A DNA stretch of 62,293 bases, counting the filler, from Choristocarpus tenellus KU-1152 (lineage: Eukaryota > Protista > Phaeophyceae): NCBI GenBank assembly GCA_964200185.2. It is 11 parts of 11 records of this genome, joined end to end, with 100 filler letters (N's around TTAATTAATTAA, not from the genome) between each part and the next. Parts side by side here need not be neighbours in the genome. Positions count along the whole stretch, not along the records: positions 47,989 to 54,538 come from CAXNAD020007884.1; positions 54,639 to 58,906 come from CAXNAD020015379.1; positions 59,007 to 62,293 come from CAXNAD020021023.1; 8 more parts are not named here. One strand, 5' to 3'. Below, in pieces: positions 53,330 through 62,293 of the stretch. The notes beneath the pieces were generated by a model. That model was not told the origin of the DNA. It saw nothing but the letters and a program-made list of their open reading frames with translations, and ran no database searches. The position numbers and the translations under genes are program-made. Positions within the stretch are counted from its first letter, which is position 1. Each line of letters opens with the position of its first letter.

Positions 53330-53860
53330 GACTACAGTGGTGCATGCAAACTAGTATGCAATGCCACTAGGTTTACTAGGACAAAGCACAATGGTATCCA
53401 ACACCATTTTTTGAGGGACCTAGTATGAACAAGGGGATTTATGTTGTTTTTGTTGGTACTGCAAACCAGAGGGCAGATGTGTGGACAAAGAATTCACGAT
53501 TGAAGTTTTCAGGCAGCATGCGAAGTTTTTGATGAACATGCAAAAGTATAACATGTGTTTATTTTTTGGTTGTTGAGTTTATGCTTTCGTGGCAAGGAAG
53601 GATGTCGCTACAACTGGTGTTATGCTTACATTGTATGTAGTGATACAAGCGTGGAGCACGGTGTAACAGTTCATTTGTGTTTATGCAATGTTTGGTACAC
53701 AGAGTAGTATCGTACATAGACGTATGATGAGAATTTCTTTGTATGCCAGGTCATGGACAAGATAGGGGCCCACCGGAAACTTAATGATCAGTGTATGTTC
53801 ACCATGTAACCCAGCAGTGGCTCTCAGCAACGAGTCGTTAGAAAGTCCTGTCTACCAACA
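53330..53860 (+). mobile_element. 3' end of a copia (RNaseH tail, PPT, LTR 53603-53860), diverged relative of family F
   Basis: VGTANQRADVWTK; CAAGGAAGGA PPT then TGTCG...CAACA. Confidence 0.8.
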
Positions 53861-54959
53861 TGACCTTTCTGTAGTACAAATTTAATCACAATCTCTCCCT
53901 ATGTAACACAAAAAAGAATACCTCCACCAACTCTGCACTAAGCATTGCACCCTTCATTCTTACACTTTTTCGTCAACCATTTCTAGCACATGGTTGATGA
54001 AATGAGGATGGTGATTGAGGAGTGAATAATAATTCAGATCTTGACAACAATATTATGCATGGCGAGGAAAGGGATGCATGCAGCAGGCAGGTAGGAAAGA
54101 AGGTGATCAATAGTTCTTCAGAAGAGTAGATCCCGTAAGTTGTACTATTCGATTTTCAGTCAAAAAACGGTGCAGGTTCAAAGTCGACTTGAGGAAGAGA
54201 TTATTTTGGCTCTAGAACGTTTTTGGGACTGCTATAGGCAAGATACACCTTTTCTCGTCCCTTTCCCCCTTATATTCGTCCAACTACTAGGTGGTACTAG
54301 AGACAGACAGGAGAGTGCTGGTGTTGAGGCGTGTCCCATCTTCATTCTCTAAACAACATGGACGGGGAGCCTATTTTACTTCTTCACCATGTATGCCATC
54401 ATGCCTCTTGATAGATCCTCATAACAATGTCAAAATATATAAGACCCAAAGTATCTGGGGGGGGGGGGGGGCCAAACCAGGGTGTCCATTTGGACCAAAA
54501 TCAGGAAAAGTGTATTTATATTATCCATCGGAGGTATTNNNNNNNNNNNNNNNNNNNNNNNNNNNNNNNNNNNNNNNNNNNNTTAATTAATTAANNNNNN
54601 NNNNNNNNNNNNNNNNNNNNNNNNNNNNNNNNNNNNNNCGTGCCTACGAGGACACATGTGTACATTAACGATGGTCTAATGTTTTCTTTTGAATGAAATG
54701 AATGTAAGAAATCACTTGCATTTAACGAAATCCAACCTCTCCAACATACGATGTTGCGGAGGCATGTACCGCATTGTTGCAGGACAGGGTGTGTCTCCTG
54801 GATAGGAACGGCTTAGGTAGCTCCTGAATGCCGTGTCTCTCCTAGCGTTACGGCGATGTGGGACTTGTCTGGAACCAGACCCGCGAGGGAGCGTCTTGTT
54901 CTGTACTGTATTGTTCTGGAAGAAGCTGGACATTACGCAACTCACCATTCTCCCATTAA

Positions 54960-56192
54960 CCTCGTAGGGGTAGCTGACTCACTCCTCTCCAACTCTCACC
55001 GTGTAGTGGGATTGGTACTTGGTCGCGAGTCTCTCGCATCCACCGATCGTCCCATCTGAAGTACAGCCCCCTGCCCTTCGCACTACCATATAGCGTTTCC
55101 CTCTCATCTAAATCAGGCACAGCCCTCATTGACGGTTCCAGGAGGATATATCTCTGGATATCCTCCTCCTCGTCCCTACCCTTCTCCTGCCTGATACGCT
55201 GGGCTGCTGCAGGCCCATTAACACTGTCCCTCTGCTTCCTCTCCTGAAGTTGTTTGACTCCCTCCTCGATCTCATCCTCTGTCGTGTAGAGCCTCAGTTG
55301 AGGGGCAAAGAGTTTTCGCCATCGTCAGGAAGATAGGACACAGAGTACATGTATGCCTCCGAATCGTCAAGGTGAACATCGCGGACCTCCCCCTGTACGA
55401 TAGCCCCTCCTCCCACGTATAGGACAAAGCATGTGCCTTGGCCGAACCTTGCGTGGTGGGGTTGATTGGGAGGCACCTGTTAGCATGTTTGCGCAAAAGA
55501 CAGCGTTGTTGTATTTCAGACCCTGTTGTTTGGATTGTTGGAGAACAAGTGATAGTATAATCAAGATAGATTTTGGAAGTGAAAGGAAGGTATGGGAAAG
55601 GTTGTATGGTTCGAACATTCTTTTCCGTAATTTTAAGAAGGTTCTCGATTGTGGTAGAAATGTAGAAGAAATGTATTGAAACAAAGAAATTATACTTAGA
55701 GGTGTTTTACGTAAATCCGTTCAATATAAACAAGAAAGTTGAGTTGTACACCATAGAACACACTGTTGCATGTGAACTCTATAAACAAGACAAGCATGAT
55801 CGTAACCACCCCTAAAAACACTGATTGGTACACAAGAAAAAAAGCATGACCCACCTTGTCCACCCGTGACATGCAAATAGTTGGCACTCCATCAACGAAG
55901 CTGGTACTCAATACCTCGAAGTCCTTACCGACGAAGACGATCTCATCGCCAGCATTGAACATCCCTCCGTAGCTGGAATGGTGCCTGGCGTTCCATTGAA
56001 CAGTGTCCTTACGCTGCACAGTGAACGGCAAGAACTCTAGCCCATTGTACTCTGATGGCTGCGTTCGCACAACGTTTATTTTCCCTGCCTCAAGCTGTCT
56101 CTTCTTCCTCGACAGCTGGCTCCTCAGATACATATCGCCTATTCCAGTCTCTGTGAAAAATCCGAGGTCTATCTCCTTCAGCGGGGGCACGT
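54960..56192 (-). pseudogene. Unidentified disrupted spliced ORF abutting the copia 3' LTR
   Basis: ORF 56190 to about 55855 ends at a GT donor; second segment about 55440-54960 has a frameshift and stops. Confidence 0.35.
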
Positions 56193-58906
56193 TGTTGAGA
56201 AGTTTGGCACACGTAAGGCTCGTCGCCGGAAGCTAGCAGTTGAATTACATGGTAAAGCACACACTGAATTATTAATTGCCCGTCAACCATCCATCATCAC
56301 TGACATGTGGATTAATGTTGACTTATTTTGTTTTATATACGTACGTACTTTGTATCATACCTAACCAACTATAAACGTACGTATAACCTACGTTATATAC
56401 TTGTGTCAGCACAAACAACGTAAGGATAACACTAGGTTATTCGACATCCTCCCCTTGTTGAAAACAAGTATTAACTCTCAAACAATGACAACAATAACAA
56501 AAACACACACACACATGTTATGTCACATGTTTATCAAAAATTTCACATGTTGTCTAAAAACTCGAACTGGCAAATTCTTCGTCAAGACATCTGCCCTCTG
56601 GTTTGCAGTACCAACTAAAACAACACGAACCTCTCCTTTTCTAGATACATCCATCAAAAAATGATGTCGGACATCAATGTGCTTTGTTCTAGTAGAGCTT
56701 GTGGCATTTCGTACTAGTTTTTCCTCAAACAAGTCAATGCAACGCCTAGGAAACTGTGGCTGAATAAGCTCAAAAACACTTCTCAAGAAAAGTAATTCCT
56801 GTGCCACACTACTAAGTGCTATGTATTCACTCTCTGTGGAAGACAGAGCTACAACTCTTTGCACCTTTGACATCCAAGATATTGATCCTCCTGCAAACAT
56901 AATTTCTCCTCCAGTCACTGATTTACGATCATTCCAGTCTCCAGCATAACTAGCATCATCATACCCACTCAACTAACACTCAGTACTAAAACCACAAAAA
57001 CTCAATCCAACACTGGGACAGGTATTCAAATATGCTAGAATACATTTCACTGCACGCCAATGTGTGACTTTGGGATTACTACTGTACTTGGCAAATTCAC
57101 GAACTGCATTTGCAATGTCAAGCCTAGTCATAACAGATGCCCACGTCAAACTACCAACTGCCCCTCTGTACGGTGTATATTCATCAACACTTGGATGATT
57201 CTCACTCTTGTCTAGAGTCCTTGAGAGATCATGGGGTACCGACCTCTTCTTTGCCCCATCCATACCAAATCTTTGACGATAATATCAGCTTGTATGAAAG
57301 CTTGTTTTACATCCCATTGCTATAATTCCAAATTTCTGTCTGCAGCTTAAGCTAATGCCATTTTCAAAGATGCAGGGGATGGTGTTGGTGCCAAAGTATC
57401 TTGGTAATATAAACCCTCAATCTGTCGAAAACCTTTTGCTACCAATCGTGCCTTGTATCTAACTACCTCACCAAATTTGTTAGTCTTACGCTTGTGAATC
57501 CATTTCGAGTCTATTGCTCTGCGTCAAGGGGGTAATACTGCCTCTACTCAAAAATTGTTAAACAACAAACCAGACATCTCTTCTAGCTCGATCCCATAAA
57601 TCACACTTGGGAGAGCTACGTGCTGCTCTTACAGTTTTGGGTTCTGGAGGGAGCTTATTCGCTAACACTCTAATAGAATCCACCTAGTTCTTCCACCAAC
57701 TTGAGCGGAGTCGCCCTCTGGCGATATGTATTTCCCACCGACTTAGGTGGTCCTAGATCCCCTAGCTGGTTCATCTGGTTCAGCTAGTATTCCCGCCACC
57801 TTTAACGGGTTTGCCCTCCTCCAGGGGCACACAGCTCGAACGGGTGGCCATTCTTCCCGCAGCTGTAACACGGTCCTCCAAATTTACAGGAACCGAAATG
57901 CTTCGCCAATCCACACATATCACAAGTCTCTCGGGCCTTGGTAAGCCCCCTGAAACGGGATCCTGTCGTCCCAGGGTCCATGCGGTGACCAGTCGTACCC
58001 CGGCTGCCACCTCGGCGAGCCTTTTTCACGGTCCTCGCGGCTAGAGCGCTCCCGGGCTCTCTGCGATCTCCTATTTCTCGTTGAAGTGAGAAATAACGCG
58101 AACGAGCAGCTTGTTGTATAGTAGTTCTCGAACGCTGTCTTGCTATGGTGCTGGAGATAATGTTTGGTGATCTGGTAGTCGTCATCCAAACAGTCAAACA
58201 TGACGATCTCTAGGACCTGCTCGGACATCACATGCCCCATCATCGTCATCTGGCCAACCCAGTCCAGCATCATTGTGAAGGTAATTTGGGGGTCTGACCC
58301 CCTAGGCATCTTGACCGTCATTACCTTCCTTTGAAGTCTGGCTATTTCCTCATCTGACTGAATAAGGAAGTGTTCAAATAGTTGTTTCCAGGTTCCTGAA
58401 GGTGAGGCAGCATTCCGGTCTATACACCGGTAAATACCACTGGTGCTCCTCAGCAGGACGTCATAAGCCTTCTTGGCCTTGGTGACTTCGTCTTCACTGA
58501 CATCTTCGCCCTTGATCAATTCGATGTCACCCACTCTGATGGGTTCCCTCCAATACTGTAATGCCTCATCAATATCCCCCTTCGCCCCCCAAAATGCACG
58601 GGTTGTAGCAAACCAGTTTGCATAGTTGTCGTCCGTTAGTTGAAGGAGTTTGGTTTGGTTCCCATCTGTGGCCATGAGTGGTCCAGTACCAATTCAAAAC
58701 AAACCAGTCCGGCTGCGCCTCCCCTAGGTAGAGTTTGGATTAGGCGCTTAAGCGTGTTGAGAAGCTTGGCTCACGTAAGGCTCGTCGCCAGAAGCTAGCA
58801 GTTGAATTACATGGTAAAGCACACACTGAGTTATTAATTGCCCGTCAACCATCCATCATCACTGACGTGTGGATTAATGTTGACTTATTTTGTTTTATAT
58901 ACGTAC
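56193..58906 (-). mobile_element. Internally deleted Ty1/copia family F element; 3' LTR 56193-56446, 5' LTR 58755-58906 (cut by contig end)
   Basis: LTRs differ at 5 of 152 comparable nt; PPT CAAGGGGAGGA; gag with CYSCGKNGHPFELC; KARLVAKGF, DVKQAF, YRGAVGSL; RNaseH DASYAGD...KHIDVRHHF...ADVLTK. Confidence 0.95.
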
Positions 58907-59089
58907 NNNNNNNNNNNNNNNNNNNNNNNNNNNNNNNNNNNNNNNNNNNNTTAATTAATTAANNNNNNNNNNNNNNNNNNNNNNNNNNNNNNNNNNNNNN
59001 NNNNNNCTTGTACATCCTGGAAAGGTGAGCATCGAGGGGCGCCTGTAACAAGCCCCCCCCCCCTACAGCATCATCACACACGCCATTCG

Positions 59090-59345
59090 TGTACGAAGAT
59101 GTCATGGACATCACTACTTGCAACTTCAGAGCAGCAATTAGTTCGTAGACCAAGACGTCATGGACATCACTACTTAAAATGGTAGAGGAGTACGTACTTA
59201 GTTCGTGTCAGCAGACGCCATGGACAGCACTACTTACAACCGAAGAGCAGCACATCGCTCATATATGCAGAACATCATGGACATCACTCACAACAACCCC
59301 ACCACTTACTTCGTTCCTGTACGCAGATAGCATGAACATCGCTGG
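59090..59345. repeat. Diverged 55-60-bp tandem array with conserved core AGACGTCATGGACATCACTACTT, x5
   Basis: CATG(G/A) cores at 59103, 59159, 59219, 59276, 59331. Confidence 0.85.
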
Positions 59346-60430
59346 CTGGGACAGTAACTCACAACACCAACTAGCTGATGACATTTGAAGATCACAAACA
59401 ACATTTTCAAGATCTTCGATTTCTACGTTTCCCCCAACCTAGGAAATTGACTCTTAGCAAGGTGTTACAGTTTTGTAGTTTTTCGATTCGTTTTATGATT
59501 GTCTTTCAATGATAGATCTGGATATGTTTTTGTTTTATTTTGTTTCTTCCCTTGAAGTCTTGGATTTGTTTTCCTGAATTCAACTTCTCAATTCTGTTAG
59601 TTTTCTGTAGTTCCCCCCCCCCTTTTTTCAAGGTGTAATTCTCTTTTTGTTCGACATTTTGGATATTTTTTCCCTCCTCGTAGCCTTACGTCACACTCCT
59701 TCAACAGTGGTTCACTTCTTTCGGTCGGGGGAGTGTTAATACAAAGGCTACTTATCTGTTCGTTGGTAGGATACAGTTCCACCACTCAACACTCCCTGAT
59801 GATTGGCCTGTTACGCTCTGGACGTTACTCTCACAAGTTCATCATCACCACATCAATTACTATCAGAACATCGTAGAACAGTCGCTTTGCATTTCAAACT
59901 CAAGAATAATACACGTTACTTGAATTGCATCACACATTGGTTCAAGTTTGTTCTCTTTTTCTCTTGTTTGTTTTTCTTTCACTCTTTCTTTTGTTGCAGC
60001 AGAAGATGACAGTTAAACATTTATGGTTGATTATTATTTATTTTGTGACTGCCATTTATTCCAATGCACCAAAACTCTCTCTACAAACAGTACCAAACAC
60101 ACGCATGGATGAAATATAATCAGAGTCAAAACCATCCACGGAACCCTTGCCAGCAAAGGTAACAAGCCTCTCCACAGAGCATGGACTTCTTTCGTTCAGT
60201 ATCTCATGAAAGAACACTGAATTCACATCACATCATTCTGGATTGAGAGCAATGACCTCAGTTACAACAGAATAATTGGTACTTTGCAGCATAATCACAT
60301 CTATCCATAACATAGACTACGCATATCACTCATCGGTGCTTTGCAACGCCACCATTCCTCCGAGGCCGCTCCCGGACCCTTGCCTCCCTGCTGGTGTCCC
60401 TATCGCTCGTAGTCTACGCATTTTGCTTAA

Positions 60431-60900
60431 ATGTACGATGCATTCGAATCAGGTTTCAACAACCACACCCCATTCTCCCCTTCCTCTCAGTTTTCCAAGA
60501 CTCTTCAGGGTATCTGGAACCAGGACATAAAGAACAAGGCACCAACCGCCAAAAAGGCGAAAGAGAAGCCGAGCCTAGAGGAGAGGCTCAAACAATATGA
60601 CATCAGCCTGAATGTGCGTGGAGGGGAAGATGAGGTTGATCTTCCCCTTGACGATGCCAAATTGAAAACTGTGTACCGCCGAAGAGTACACGTTAGGGAG
60701 GTTTTCATCGAAGGGGTAACGAAGGAGGTTGTATATCAGATCGTGAAATGACTACTAACTAAAGAGCCAGAGGGACGTTTGGGGGAGGAGGGGGAGAAGG
60801 GATAGGCGAGGACATGGATGGTTCAAAGTCAGTCAAGCAAGAAGCGGGATAAGGCACGTATGTCCTCTCTGGAAAGATTCGACTCTTTACATCAGGGTGG
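60431..60900 (+). pseudogene. Unidentified disrupted ORF
   Basis: Protein-like 106-aa ORF that appears to continue through in-frame stops. Confidence 0.25.
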
Positions 60901-61247
60901 GATGTTAATCCATTTGTCAATTCCTAAAGTTACTTGAGATCGAGCTGTTAATTTATTCACCATACACTCGTACACATTACCTGACCTGCTTTTTCCTCTG
61001 TCCCTCAACATTTTTGGCTATGGTGGTAAAATAAAGCAGTTCAAAAAAATGCTCCTCTTACCAGAGGTGGACGATGGTGATGTCTTCCTGCAGGTCGTGA
61101 ACACTTCAAGGGTGTAACACTCCGCAATTAGGTCAATGGTGGCCAAGGTAACCATGCCATTCAAATGACTCTGATTTTATTGCTCTCTCTCTCTCTTGCG
61201 TGTTTTCCTTGCATCAGAACCTGGCACTCGGTGGATGTAGTCCGGCA

Positions 61248-61527
61248 GAGTGAAACTATCTTAGAGGGTACGATTTTTTCCCTGTTTGTCCATTTGTGGT
61301 GCTTGGCTTCCCATGGATTTTTTATGACATTTTCCGACTCCAAAATGTTTTGGAGTAGGCAAAATGTATACAATTGTGGGGCTTGGCTTCCCATGGGTTT
61401 TTTAATGACATTTTACGACTCCAAAATGTTTCGGAGTACGTAAAATGTGTACGTTATGAAAGGTNNNNNNNNNTTATATTTTGACCCCCAAATGGATGCG
61501 GCTCTACCCTCTAAGATACTTTGGCTC
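61248..61527 (+). mobile_element. MITE-A copy 6 (internal duplication, small N gap)
   Basis: TIRs; TSD GCA/GCA. Confidence 0.9.
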
Positions 61528-61584
61528 GCAGCGAATCGGGAGTCTAACTGTGTCTCAAGAGGGAATGATTTTTGCTTGATTCGT

Positions 61585-61844
61585 GAGTCAAAGCATCTTA
61601 GAGGGTAGCGCCGCGTCCATTTGGGGGGTCAATATCCAATGTTGCGATTTTGATGTAATTTTGGCCATCTTGTTTGATAAGAAGTGTCAGCATCTATGTT
61701 TTGGACACACCTTTTCATAACGTATACATTTTACCTACTCCTAAACATTTTGGAGTAGGAAAATGTGACTAAAAAAAACATGGGAAGCCAAGCCCCAAAT
61801 GGACAAACAGGGCAAAACTCGTACCCTCTAAGATACTTTCACTG
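61585..61844 (-). mobile_element. MITE-A copy 7
   Basis: Reverse orientation; TSD TCGT/TCGT. Confidence 0.92.
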
Positions 61845-62293
61845 TCGTCTGTTTCGGGCTTGGCCTCCCACTTTTTGGTGTAGACATCTGCCGGAATAGG
61901 ATAATTGCGTATTTTTTTGAGTAGGTGTCGTGTAAGAAACTACGAAAAGGTGTATCAAGCTTTGTGGTATTGTCATCTTAATCATTGCATAATTCCATCT
62001 GCAGGCGCTCGAGGAATTTGTGGCACACTTATCCAATTCGTCTCGTCTTCTTTTACTTTGGGGTTGTGTTTTTGTTTCGGACTATGGGGAGTGGTTTTTA
62101 TCCTCACAATAATTCGTACTGACACACGCTGGTCAAATTGATACATAGGCTGACATTACACATTTCAAGCAAAAATAACAAATTCCCCCACACGATAAAT
62201 CCGTACCTCCAATGTTTTCCTTGTGTGGAAAGCATGTTTGTCTGTTATTATACCGTTATTGCCGTATGCCATATACCGTTATACCGTGGTACC

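Noticed and set aside
59090-59345. CRISPR array
   Set aside because: Spacers resemble each other (AGAGCAGC, TTAGTTCGT), repeats are degenerate, there are no cas genes, and the context is eukaryotic

Overview
Eukaryotic nuclear DNA, not prokaryotic. The window is 11 short contigs joined by artificial 100-nt N/TTAATTAATTAA linkers, so adjacency across a linker means nothing. GT-AG introns, a bipartite plastid-targeting leader and TTAGGG repeats suggest an ochrophyte (brown alga or close relative; this is inference). I reconstructed five host genes exon by exon, all partial. They are an SBF1/SBF2-domain protein (3' end), a plastid-targeted indole-3-glycerol-phosphate synthase (trpC, 5' part) head-to-head with cytochrome bc1 subunit 7 (QCR7, 5' part), GPATCH11 (3' end), and an RG-rich protein with a C-terminal SAP domain. 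Most of the rest is decayed, nested transposon sequence: Ty1/copia (one LTR family seen five times), Ty3/gypsy, a plant/oomycete-type mariner transposase and LINE remnants. There are also two related MITE families (about 16 copies or fragments) sharing the TIR core AAAGTATCT. The best leads are the MITE pair with mixed 3-bp and 4-bp TSDs, the palindromic non-TGG primer-binding site of the copia family, CpG-decay footprints contrasting with a CpG-rich bidirectional promoter, and a 50-bp motif next to telomeric repeats and an OTU-like remnant. I found no intact novel multi-gene system.
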